This document shows positions 51,201 to 62,644 of a stretch of DNA of 64,000 nucleotides, one piece after another. Both the position numbers and the translations under genes were made by a program. The stretch is from NCBI GenBank assembly GCA_002633005.1, contig NMRA01000291.1, positions 1 through 64,000 of the forward strand. The letters run 5' to 3'. The stretch is from Phoronis australis. Taxonomy: Eukaryota; Animalia; Phoronida. The number at the start of each line of letters is the position of its first letter. The stretch's first letter is position 1. The notes under the pieces were generated by a model. It searched no databases. It saw only the letters and a list, made by a program, of their open reading frames with translations, and was not told where the DNA came from.

Positions 51201-54200
51201 ATGGAGTTAGAAACCAGCTGGGAGTATTGGTCCTAGGAAACCAGTGTCACAGAAATAATGAATCGCAATATTGATCGTTACAATAGTAATGCCGTTTCAA
51301 ATTTTGTTCTGTCATTTTTCCTTGAAGTCAATAGAAACTTGGCCCATGCAGCAGGTGTGTATATTTTATCAATAGATTTGTACACAGATCACTGTACACA
51401 GAATCCTTCGATATCATAAATGCTCATCTAGTTTCTTTTGAGTGGAACAGCGCAATTACCGCTTTAGCAAAGATTTCAGGACAATAAAATACTGGCTGAA
51501 ATAAATTAAACCGTTTTAAACTAAAACTAGTCATTTTTCTATCTGATTGACTACTAAAATTAAATTCCCTGTGAAAAGTTGTGATGTAATTGTTTTCTTT
51601 CACGAAGAAATATTAATAAATATTAGTCAAAAATGATGTTGTCATTTCTGTTTTTTGGCTAAGGGACCTAACCATGGTACATGTTTGGTTCACGACTTGT
51701 GAACTCTAATACAAGATTGTGAGGATGCTTCACAGGCCACTTGGTTGTTATCTGATCTTGGAAACTGTTTTTGTCTGCAGTTACGGAAACTATATGCAAG
51801 GGGAAACTGTAGGCGAAGGGGTAATATTTGTTTTATTGCTTCGTCGAGATTCGAACCCTGTTATTTTGTAAGTTTTGACTTTACTACTGCACCACCACTA
51901 CGTCACTAAAATTAAACGTGTTTTAAGCTATTTTAATCCATCTGGATTCTGAAGACGCATTCGTTTTAAATAAGTATGAAATGTTAACCACCAGTTGAAT
52001 TCAAACCTGCATCAAGGCATCGCAGTTCCACCATAACGGTATTATACATGTTTTCAGTATCTTAAATGTTTGCTGACTTTCAATACATGTCATTTGCACT
52101 GACTTTAGTGCGTGCACTCTTGACTATTACACTTGGGACCCCATTGATGTAACCAAATGATGTTTGTAAAACCGGCAATTGTATGGCTTCAAAACATATA
52201 ATTTTCAAAATGTTATCGATTGTCCCTTTTCCCATTCCGAGCATATTCAGGGAGTTTTCTTCAAAATCTCTCCGCAGTGTATTGGGTAATAGCTTACTGA
52301 CAAAATGAATGACTCACACATGAGTGAAAGCCTAAACATGGCCTCCTTTCATTAATTACTTAAGCAGATTTAATCATATCTGTAATTGACTTTCTCACTT
52401 GGACAACTTTCATACCCCAAAAATGTGATAATAAACGAAGCGGACATGATTGTCTGAAGTGTGTGTAGCCGCGTCTGGCTACAGGGATAAGTTAAAAGCC
52501 GTTTGCATAACACACTATATTATTTAGTTGCAAGCGATGAAAAGTGTCCGAACAAGCGTTGAAAAGGAGAAACCGAAAAAGCGGTTATCTGTAATGAAGA
52601 AAAACACACAGTCTGAGTACTCGGCAAGGAAGCGTAATAAACAAGCACTATATACCAATAGCGTTAGAAAGACTCGCGACAATGACTATGACAGGCAAAT
52701 ACTACATGTACCTCGCTAACAATACACTGGAACCCGTACTATCTATTCTACTACTGGAAACCATTACCATGCACAAACAACTGTCTAACTGCGACCCGTA
52801 ACTATTCTATGAACCGGGTACCGCGCAACATATACGCCAAACAAGCAGCTGAATGAAATTATATGTTAAACAACAACTATACACGCTCTAAACTTAGCTA
52901 GTAGATACACATGAGTACAACATGCTATGCCATAATACTCAGTACTTACAACAGTTTGGCCAATAGTCTGTGCTTAATACGAACGTTCCAGCATCTCCGA
53001 GGAAAACACATGATTCGCGTTACAGATCTTGTCAACGAATGCCGCTATACACAAGAAACGCTAGTCACAAAAAACCCGCGTAACATACAGAGGCTAATAC
53101 GTAATAATAGCCGGCCGGTCAAGCTACTGTTAGACTATGCAAATGCTATTGTAGCATCTGGAAAGAACCGGCTTACTAAAAGAAACCCAATCAGAGCGGT
53201 GAAAGATGTACTGTTACCTATAAAGAAAATAAACAGCGTGATATGTAAACAAAACACAATAACCAATGTCAAAAAATGATGCACGGCATCTAACAGTGTG
53301 AATTTTTTTTGCACTCCATTTAAAAAAGCATGCCTTTGCCTATGTATGAAATATGAAGTGTTCTTGTTTGAATGGCATAATTGGGTTTGTTAGTGTTACC
53401 TGTGTTCACCAGATGGCTCTCTACTTCAGGTTGAAGAATACATGGATCAGCTACCCAATCACAAGGTACCAAAACTGGGGACGACTGGTGAACATCACAG
53501 ATACAGACAGATACTATTGCAGCTGCCACAGCAGGACTTATCCATTGAATACTGCAACTCACTTGGTACTTGACAACTTGGTTCAATTAAGTTTTGAAGG
53601 AGAGTTTATTGAACAACTGACTTAGTGCTCATATTTGAAGATAAATGACAAATTCAACTTGGTTCAATTAAATTTTACCGGAAAGTTTACTTGAACAACT
53701 GAGTTACTGTTCAGATTTAAAGCAAAATTCCAAATTATTGATTTTGTTTGCCATGTCCGTTTTTAAGACTGCCAGTTTGCTTAATTGTACAGTACAGACA
53801 GTATTTTTATAGAAATGGTAATAGTTACTTACGTAATGGTCCCGGATTTTTAAGAATTAGTTTGATGCCTCACAGTTATTCAGTGGAGAAAATGTGGTAC
53901 TCTTAGTTGTAAGTGACTATTACCTGGATATGACTGGTTTTCAACAGTTTTTTTTTGTTGAGAAATTTGTCTTGCAAAATAAAATCTCAACTGTAAATAT
54001 TGTGATAAACATCCATGTCAATTGAGCAGTTGCACTGTTGTTCAATCCATATATAACCACAGGTGATCATGGGAGCAAAATCTGAAACATGGGAATGACT
54101 TATCGTTCTGTAATTACTATACGTAATCCTTCATGAACAAAGTTGCTCACCTGGTTCAGACTTATTACTCATGCATGCAGTGCTCCATGAACAAAATAAT

Positions 54201-57200
54201 TCTCTGTTGAAATCGCTTATTTGTAAAATATATGAACATGACAATTATAAAAAGTCAACATACATGTCTTCTGTTATGTCGTATTTGTGTTGGCTAGGTA
54301 AACAATACATGTCATGCCTTCCACATCTGTGGAAGAATACCAAAACTAGATTAACTGTGAATAGTGAGGTCACGCTGACCTCGTCAATGAAATAAATGCT
54401 TATTGCCGGGTGGATTTTTTCTGCTCTTAGTGATATTTTAATGCTAGTAACGAATTCGGCAATTTCTTCCAAAGCTAAGAAGTTGTGTTGTTTACCGGCA
54501 ATGCTAGTAGGCAGCTAAATATCAATATTGCGGTTTATAAGCCATGGTGCATTTGGCCAGACTGTTTACAAAAATGGGCATCAACATTCCTGTGTCGCTC
54601 ACTAACCATTCTACAAACAACACTGATTGTGTGGTTGGTCTTTCATTGATGTAGAAGTGGAATCGAGGGGTCCTATTGCTCTTGCTTAGGACACATTGCA
54701 TTGTTTTTATTATGCGCCCACATATTTATATGCCGTCATCTCTGTCCGTCCGTCCGTCCGTCCGGGCGGCGTCCGTCCGGCGTCTGGCGTCCGGCGTCCG
54801 CTGCTCTATCTCCAAAACCCTTTGACATACGTTCATGAAATTTGGCACCTATGTTCCATTCATGAATGGGACGGCATGTGCGAACTTTCGGACGGATCCG
54901 ACTACCGGTGTGCCCCCTAGTGGCAATTTTATTTTTTTACGCTTACCTTTGTATCTTCAAAAGTCCTGAACGGATTTTCATGAAATTTGGTATGTAGGCA
55001 CCTATTAGTGAGATGACGCTATCCTACTGTTTTCAGATGGATTCGACGTAGTTTGCGCCACCTAGTGGCCATTTTTACTGTTTTCGAGTCTGTATTTTTG
55101 CGTCCACCCCTCTATCAACCAAACCGCTCAAAGGATGATTGTGAAAATTGGCGTGTATGTGCTTACTATAAGGAAGACAGCTGACAATGATTTTCAGACG
55201 ATTTGGACTACTGTGGCGCCTCCTAGTGGCAGTTTTGTTTTTTTGCGCCCATGGCTGTATCTCCCAAACCGTTTGCAGGATCTTTACTAAATTTAGCAAG
55301 TGTATTTATGTGATGTTGACAACGGACGATGACGACTTTAGGATGATTCTGATTACCGGTATGCCTCTAGTGGCAATTTTAGTATTTGCCTCTAGTGGCA
55401 ATTTTAGTATTTTACATTGACCTCTGTATTTTCATAGTTCTTCAGGTGTGTACTTTGTGTTACTTCGTGACTGTGAAGGAAAAGTTCCAAGTAGAAATTT
55501 GTTTCTGGCATTCTAATGCTGTGCTAATCTCGTATGTTGGTAAATTTGTTTTTAATTCTATGTTTCTGTGGTGCTTTAAGCAACTGGTGTATAGGATGTG
55601 CTTGTATTATGAAGATTACTCACATTTTGCCCCTAGCCTATTGAGGAGACAAGGACCATGCCTTTCCATTTTGCAAAGTACAACGTACTACATATATGCC
55701 CTCTACTGGCCACTTTATGGTACCAATAAACAACCCTAGAAGGATACCGTATGCGGTGCAATTGTGGGCGCATTTCAACGCTCTGCGTTGCTCTTGTTGA
55801 GTTTGTCATCAACTGTCAGACCCTGTGTCCTGGTCATGAATCTGTACCTGTCATCTCGACAATAATTCCTCCATTCCTCCATAGAAGTCGCCGTGATTGG
55901 ATGTTGGTGTGAAGTCATCTTTCTTATTTTTATCCACTTCAGCAGTTCGATAAGCTGGCAATATCAGAGACTGACTCTTGAAGGACTCATCTGATTATCT
56001 TCCTGATAATTGACTACTCTGAATGTGCTGTATGTGTTTGCTAATACTATTTTATTAAAACATCACTTTAATTACCCGGGAAGACTTATTGAAAATGGTT
56101 CCATTTGCAGCCAATGAAAATGAGAGGAGAGCATTCGAAGAATTTGTGAAAAACCGAGATGAAAAATGTCTGGATATTGGAACATTAAAAGAAAAATTAG
56201 CAGAAGACATGGTAAGCCGAGTTGTTTCATAAAATTATGGAAATCTCCATTTATACCGTAAACGTTCAGGTTAATGCCCATGCTCAGTTTTCCGCCCACC
56301 CCCTACTTAAGGTGAATTTTCGATTTAACCGCCCACTGCTCAGTTAACCGCCCATCTGCGATTTTTGAAGATTTCCAGTTAAGTGCCCACCTCTCGGTTA
56401 AGCGCCCATCCCCAACTTTTTAAGATTGAATGTTTAGCGCCCAGTTTTAGGAAACGCGATTCCCGACTTTTAGGTACAGATGATGATCACAACGAGCGCA
56501 ACGACGCTGGGCCTCCGGGACGGCGGTTTGGCAATGTGAATTACAGTACAAGTAACGATTTATTGTCTCGGGTCATGGACTTGCTTTAAAATATAACACT
56601 TGAACATTTTTGTCATTTTATTTTCTTCTCATGTGTGCAAAGTTTAAGAACCCCGCCAGCGTCAATACCTCTGCTTTCAGCGACGCTGTCTGCCGCTCTG
56701 AGTTTCCGTCTGCAGTGCTCTATATAAAACATATATTCGAAATAATCGGACCAGAGAAATGGGACAATGGTTTTGCCAACCCTCCAATTTCTCTTTAGGT
56801 GGGAAGCTCTCATATTTTGAAGAACTAATTCCCATAACTCATGGAAAGATGTCAAATTCTCCCCATTTTGATGAATGTTATTACCAGGTTATTGAGGATG
56901 TGTGGCGACCAAAGGGACAATGTACCTCACTGGGTTACCGATTTGCTGCCTCTCGATTTCTGAGTTCAAAGGTTGACAATCGTCACTGTGTTTTTGCGTA
57001 TCATGTTGAAGTAATAAAAAACTTCTAGTCAAATTTTGTTTTTCGCTTATTACATCTCAGTCAAACTGGCATTAGCAGATTTAACTAATGTTGCTGGCTG
57101 TTCTTGCGTCAACCCCCGCCTGACTGTGTGAATTATCGCTTCCATATTCCCTTTTCAGCGATCCTGAATAATTTTGTTTCTACATTGGCCAGTTTCAGCC

Positions 57201-60200
57201 TAAACAAAATTCTTACCATTCGAGCCTGAAATATCTACGACGCACACTGCGTGAAAATTTGCGATAATTGATAGGGGGTGCACGGAGCTAGCTACTGGCA
57301 TCATGCACACTCGGGCTTAGGGAACATCGACCTGGAAATATCCAATGTAGACTTGACATCGCAGTTTTGGGAGACATTGGAACGGAGGAATATCGTAAAG
57401 CACTCTGTCTTTCCTAACAACAGCTTAAAAGTACAGCGTCACGCCGGTTTCTTTTACTTAGGACTGTTGCTGTTCTCTTGATGTGTGACTTGGTAGTGGT
57501 TCCCACACTGAGTGCATGTTACCTAGACACCAACACGTGATTGTCAGATTACTCATACATAGGTCCTACGTGCGTGCTGAATCCCACCGCTATCTTTGGC
57601 CATTAAAAACGAGATGCATGTTAAAAGAAGTCATTAGATTACTTGACGTTCTTTCCAAATCAAGATTGCCTGCCGGCACATTGCGCGCAAACAGCGGGAC
57701 CGGCCATTGACGCAGTGCGATAGTGTAGGTGATATTATAATTGGATATAATCTGGACATCTTGCATGTAAAATAAATGTTTTCCACTACAAAGTTGGGTA
57801 AGGTAGTGGTTTAAGAATGGACTGAAACAACACTGTTTTGTGACGTTTTATCATGTCTTTATGCCATGGTTTGAAATTTTCTTCTTGATTGACAATTGGC
57901 TCATGTCCGCTTACCCCCCCCCCAATTCTTGTCTTACTTCTTTGCCAAGCATGTTTTGCCCAACGGAAAGTGAAAATGTTACTGAGTCACGGAGTGTCGA
58001 CTGTAAACATCCCAAACAAAAAAACACCTGAATTAGTTTTTCAAACTTTACTACAACTAATTTTTAGAACGTCTCTCTAGACTCAGAACTTGAAAGCTAG
58101 CATGGGAATGTATAGTAACTTTGATGTCAGCTGTGACCTCTGAAACACGTGAAGCTTGCACGGGTGCACTTTTTGCAGTGTCACCGCTTGCAATCCAAGT
58201 GGAGTGCTGCGTGGTCACTGGTCATCTGCACACTACAGTTCTAACAAACTAACAAGACTGCTAGATGGCACGGGTCTATTACTCAGCAACTTTGTAAATT
58301 TAATTGTGAATGACTAATCTGAGGGCAACAGAACCTTTGTTGGTATCATCCGCTGTAATGAAGTTTTTACCGTCATTTGGCGACGTGACGATATAGCTCT
58401 TTGAAAAGTACTACGCGTTCCGAGTATGTGTATCATGTGGGGACTTAGATCACGAGGTAAGATTAACCGTCCAGAGCGGTTGTCTGTCGTAATAAGCGCC
58501 CACATTCGGTTAACCGCTCACCCTGGATTTCTTGAAATTGCACGTTTAAGCGCTCATGTCTGGTTAACCGCCCACCCCCGATTTTTTGGGTTTGCCAATT
58601 TAACCGCCCAGGGCGTTAACCCGAACGTTTATGGTATGTTCTTGTCTAAGAGAACCCTACTATAAGTTTGTTGATTTCCATTTTACTCTGTGATGGGAGA
58701 CATGAGACAGGTTGCTTTTTGTCTGCTATGACCTCTGCATCACGTGAAACACGCGCGCACTTTAGCAAGGTCACATCTTGAAATAGTTGCAATCCAAGTA
58801 GAGGCTGCGTGGTCACTTTCGTCTGCGCTCTACAGGGCAAAGTAATAAGACCGCAGGACGGCACGGAGTTATTACTCAGCAATTCTGTAAATTTAATAGT
58901 GAATAACTAACCTGATGGCAAGAGAACCTTTGTTGGGATCATCCGCTGTTATGACATTTTTCCCGTCATGTGGCGACGTGACGATAACGCTGTTTGAAAA
59001 GTGCTACGCATTCCGAGTACATGTGTGGTATGGGGACTTAGATCACAAGGTAAGATTAACCGCCCAGGGCGGTTGCCTGTCGTAATAAGCGCCCATGTTC
59101 GGTTAACCGCCCACCCTGGATTTCTTGAAATTTCACGTTTAAGCGCCCATGTCTGGTTAACCGCCCACCCCCTATTTTTTGGGTTTGCTAATTTAACCAC
59201 CCAGGGCGTTAACCCTAACGTTTACGGTATATCGAGAACTTTGTCATGTGGAGAATTTATCACTTACATTGGTGACCACTCTGATTCCCTAAGCTCTAGA
59301 CAACTTTTGTGATGCCTATTCAGCACGCCCTTTGTATTGATGTAGATCTGAGCTAATGAAGTGGAACATTAATAGGTAGCATTACTGTCTCAACAATGGT
59401 CGTTATTAGTAACCCCAATTTGGTTTTCTCTGACATTTGCAGATTTATAGCCTGCAACTCTGGAGAGTAGTTTTAGATTGGTACATTATAAATGTTACAG
59501 AATGACAGGTTAACTTGTGTTTATCTTCACAAAGGGCCACTTCCAAAAGTAATGATAAGTTTCATTTTGGTTTTCTTTATTTAATTTTTTATGCTTCTGC
59601 CCACTTGTTTTTATTTTCTTACCGGAAACGGGCTGATAACTTTTTATCTAAGTTTTAAACTTGAAGTACCAAAACAGTGGTAGATTTTGATTGCCAGCTA
59701 AACTCAATTAAGTTCATCGTGAGCCCATTCATAAACTTACCACATTACAGGTACACTAAACATTTCACGTGTCATTAAAGTTTAATCTTTATTAGAACTC
59801 AAGTCATAAAATATATACAAAAGTGCAAATATGGTGATAACCAAACTTAAGATTTCAATTGGAATTTCTGGACAATTTCGGTGGCACTGATTATATAACT
59901 ATTCTAGCTCTTTGTCAGTAATAAAAAATGAAAAGTGGGCACAAGTTAAGTACAACTGTTTCCTGGTCAAAAATCTGGTTAAACGAGATTGAAAGAATAT
60001 TAAAAAATGAATCCATGTGCTTTGTTATCTCTGATCAGCGTTTGTGTATCCACCAAGTATTTCAATATGCGCGATAGTTTATCTTCAATTGTACTCAATG
60101 GTTGTAGTTTTTGGCCAATTAGTTCGTCGATTTTTAAAAATCGAAAACCGTACTTGATTGTTTTTTTCCAGCTGAATACCACTGTGGTGTTCGTTTATAA

Positions 60201-60785
60201 CGAAAATTAGTTGCATTTTGAAAATTCGCTATAATTATGTACAGTCAGAGATGTTTAATACAGTTTATGGTCGGGTAATTACATTTAATTAGGTCTTGCT
60301 CGCATCGGGCAATGCGGTCATCGCAATTGTACCTGATTCCGGCACCGTGCTCTTTTTGATCCTGGTACAAGCCACTCAGAAGGACAAGCGGTGAAAATTG
60401 TTTAGAAATACGTGACTTCCTTGTAAGCGTATTATTCACGGTATGTATTCAAATAAAAGTCTAAAATCATTGATAAGCCCCTATGCTGGCATAGACCTTT
60501 TTTAAAGTTAATAAATGGCTCTAAAACAAAAATGGGATGAAACAAAAGAAATCAACTCTTTCTCTACAGACATGTAAAAGCTGCGATGGTGAAATCGAGG
60601 CGGGTGAGATGGCCATATTGGCTAGCAAGTTTGGTGGTGACACCTGTTGGCACCCTGCCTGTTTCTGCTGCGTCATCTGTGAGGAGCTACTAGTGGACTT
60701 AGTCTACTGCCATCTGGAGGGTAAACTGTACTGTGAACGCCACTTTGCCGAGCAGTCGAGAGCTAGGTGTAAGGCCTGTGATGAG
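30145..60785 (+). CDS. PET- and LIM-domain protein, Limpet/LIM-9-like (prickle/testin/FHL superfamily), 5' part; continues beyond the right edge
   Basis: Exons 30145-30224, 47459-47621, 53430-53565, 56111-56211 and 60570-60785 join in frame (232 aa): Cys-rich CTSCGELCPGYKSHPWRNACTLCHC, PET domain (FAWVPP..VEEYMDQLPNHKVPKLGTTGE..QILLQLPQQDLS..FEEFVKNRDEKCLDIG), then LIM1. Confidence 0.92.
35097..38432. mobile_element. 3.3-kb non-autonomous hAT-like DNA transposon with 5-bp TSD TGAAT
   Basis: TIRs CAGGGCTCGAC / GTCGAGCCCT(T); TGAAT at 35092-35096 and 38433-38437; subterminal GCGACCT/TCGCATT repeats at both ends. Confidence 0.78.
37046..37210 (+). pseudogene. Degenerate THAP-domain remnant inside the 3.3-kb element
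   Basis: KCCVVGCNTG...VKFFAFP, then a frameshifted RTWLS; no start codon. Confidence 0.5.
39356..39418. repeat. Short palindromic dispersed repeat (TGCATTTTGAGAACC...GGTTCTCAAAATGTA)
   Basis: Hairpin-like; related copies near 4855-4910, 14031-14090, 16495-16555 and 43010-43075. Confidence 0.65.
40522..43548 (+). repeat. Copy B of the duplication; starts right after the N at 40521 and lacks ~35969-38839 of copy A
   Basis: Begins ATTGGGAATGCAGTCC, identical to 34288; deletion junction near 42486-42494; truncated hAT-like copy starts at 41332. Confidence 0.92.
44252..44438. repeat. 95-bp tandem duplication
   Basis: TAGGTAAACTTGTTTGAAC...GTTACTGCCTT at 44252 and 44347. Confidence 0.93.
47459..47621 (+). 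CDS. PET-LIM exon (RNACTLCHCGKEAH...GFAWVPPTLSLEK)
   Basis: ttctacag acceptor, AAG|GTATGC donor; 163 nt, phase 2-0; WVPP marks the PET start. Confidence 0.92.
53430..53565 (+). CDS. PET domain exon (VEEYMDQLPNHKVPKLGTTGEHHRYRQILLQLPQQDLSIEYCNSL)
   Basis: cttcag acceptor, G|GTACTT donor; canonical PET core; frame not listed in the ORF track. Confidence 0.93.
54704..55798 (+). mobile_element. Helentron-associated non-autonomous element (HINE/DINE-1-like) with ~150-bp internal core repeats
   Basis: T-rich start; subTIR ATGCGCCCACA (54712-54722) / TGTGGGCGCAT (55763-55773); (GTCC)n microsatellite; 3' hairpin CAACGC-TCT-GCGTTG then CTCTTGTT. Confidence 0.82.
56111..56211 (+). CDS. PET domain exon (ANENERRAFEEFVKNRDEKCLDIGTLKEKLAEDM)
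   Basis: tttgcag acceptor, ATG|GTAAGC donor; 101 nt, phase 1-0. Confidence 0.92.
56256..59227. mobile_element. ~3-kb Tc1/mariner-superfamily (CCGTA-terminated, Tc2/pogo-like) non-autonomous element with TA TSD
   Basis: TA|CCGTAAACGTTCAGGTTAATGCCC ... GGGCGTTAACCCTAACGTTTACGG|TA; subterminal TTAA(C/G)CGCCCA arrays at both ends. Confidence 0.82.
60570..60785 (+). CDS. LIM1 exon (TCKSCDGEIEAGEMAILASKFGGDTCWHPACFCCVICEELLVDLVYCHLEGKLYCERHFAEQSRARCKACDE)
   Basis: LIM double zinc finger; ctctacag/GTAAGG boundaries; ASKF and YC...CERH resemble Limpet/LIM-9 LIM1. Confidence 0.95.
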
Positions 60786-60964
60786 GTAAGGCCCTCATTA
60801 CTATATTTTCAGTGTTTTTGTGGTCTCATTTTTATTTTGATAAAGCGCTTTACGAGTTGTTTTGAACTGTGGGCACGAAAGTATGTTCTTATCTTGTGCC
60901 CGCAGATGTCTGGTGTTTCTTTCCTGTGTCTGTCCTACAGGAGTGATTGTTGTACGTGTACATA

Positions 60965-61389
60965 CAGGGTGTCCTAAAATGTACTCACACTTCTGAATCA
61001 GTACAACACATGGGTAATTCAAATTCAGTTTGTGGGTCAGACTCTGTGCCCAGGCCTATTACATAGATATATACCTTGCTGTGAAAATAACAATGCCAGC
61101 TTTCACGTGCTCTGTATGCATGGGGATGGGAAACAAATGACTCAGTTTTGGAGAACGAAAAGTTTTACGGCAGTGCTGTTGAAACTCAAAAATGTCTGGA
61201 AGTGCAAAGACAATTAATCTACTTTTATGTTAATAAATAATTCATTAATTTTGGTTTAAAGACTTAATATCTGTTTGATCACCACTTTGTGAATTTAAAT
61301 CAGCCTAGTAGTCTTGTTTTTAAGTCAATCAACAATTCGACTATTATCATTTGAAGTACGAGTACATGCAAACATTTTGGGACACCTTG
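60965..61389. mobile_element. Tc1/mariner-type MITE (~425 bp)
   Basis: TA|CAGGGTGTCCTAAAATGT ... ACATTTTGGGACACCTTG imperfect TIRs. Confidence 0.65.
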
Positions 61390-61619
61390 CATATACCTGC
61401 ATACAGTGTTCTCAACAGAATAATGTTGAACGCTGTGCGAATCATGGAACATTATCAAGAACTATGTTCAGCTCAGTCTCGAAGAGCACTACACCTTGTT
61501 CTGTGTTTTAGTTATATTTTGTGAATGATTGGGCAATATTTTTGGTAACAATCGATATATCGATTTTCCAGCATTGAGCTAGAGATACGTCTATTTTTCT
61601 CCAAATGGTGTTTTGATAT

Positions 61620-62640
61620 TTAAACAGTACACACTATGGATTTTTGCACATTTTGAATTACCGGTGGCCACAGAATAAATGTATGACGTAAAATTTAGCT
61701 AAACCCATCTTTGTTTTGTGTAATTAGCTCGAAATTTTGATTTTTCTTTCACTTTTGCCAATTTTCACATTTCCCGCCATGTGACGTCATGGTTTGAACA
61801 CAAGAGATCAGTGACTAGCATTGAACAATGGCGGAGAGCAGTGAATTTGAAAGCGACGACGATTATGAGTAAGAATTGAATGAATACTATGAAGAAACGT
61901 ACGGGAATGGTGGCCAGGATGAGGAAATGGGGTTGCATGAAAGCGAGAACAAGTTTAATGTGCTTCCGGCTGCGTACTTTTCTACTTTGAGCCTTACGAA
62001 CTGGATCGTCCCACGAGAGAAGCGGGCTCGGCGAGTCAACCCAGTCGTCCAACAGACGATCCTGAATTAAGAAATGATGTTTCTGAATGATAAATATTGT
62101 CCTTTATTGAACCAGGCCTTCATCGTAACATCTCCTTTGACTGGAGTCGAAACACAAGTCCTCAAAGTGGGCAGAACACAGAGTGGCCCCGGACCGAATC
62201 GCTTGGTCCACAATGAGGTCCCACACTCTTGTTCGGCGCGCGAAGCGATGCCACTTCTGCGCAACTTTGGTGTCCTTTGGAACACCGAGACGTTCTCCGC
62301 CTGACTGCTGTTGCTGCAGCCTCCGAAAAACACATCTTTTGATCCCTCTACGAACCTTCTCGACGTTAAATGTACTTTGCTTTCACTTCCCTCTATACAC
62401 TTTGTTTCTGATGCGAACAGTATGGCGAACAACTTGTGTTCAACCCGTGACGTTGTACATAATTATTATTTTTTCAATTTTTTGCGTGTTTCTTTATGAG
62501 CTGTGCACTAAAGGCACTGAAATCAAGTAAGATATAATAATAAAATTTATTTTGAGGTACTAGAGTCATGTTGTGTACACTTTAACAAAATCTGCATAAT
62601 TCCGTAAGGCTACATCAACCACTGGTTTGGTACTACGACA
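61620..62640. mobile_element. Internally deleted Kolobok-like element with convergent KolX-like (+) and THAP (-) remnants; boundaries approximate
   Basis: Plus 61828: MAESSEFESDDDYE*...frameshifted YFEPYE; minus ~62343-62105: THAP RCVF/GGCSN../PKD..KW..F..RTRVW..LCSAHFEDLCF. Confidence 0.55.
62105..62343 (-). pseudogene. Frameshifted THAP zinc-finger domain (transposase N-terminus remnant)
   Basis: All four C2CH ligands plus the conserved P, W and F appear across two compensating frameshifts; in-frame stop downstream. Confidence 0.75.
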
Positions 62641-62644
62641 TTAA

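Noticed and set aside
51840-52015. Reverse B-box-like GATTCGAACC as a tRNA or SINE
   Set aside because: No cloverleaf or A-box recognisable; at most a decayed SINE fragment
52500-53280. A/C-skewed region with a 122-aa ORF
   Set aside because: No recognisable domain or termini; probably an unclassified repeat interior
60786-60977. Cys-containing extension of the LIM ORF
   Set aside because: Intron read-through after the GAG|GTAAGG donor
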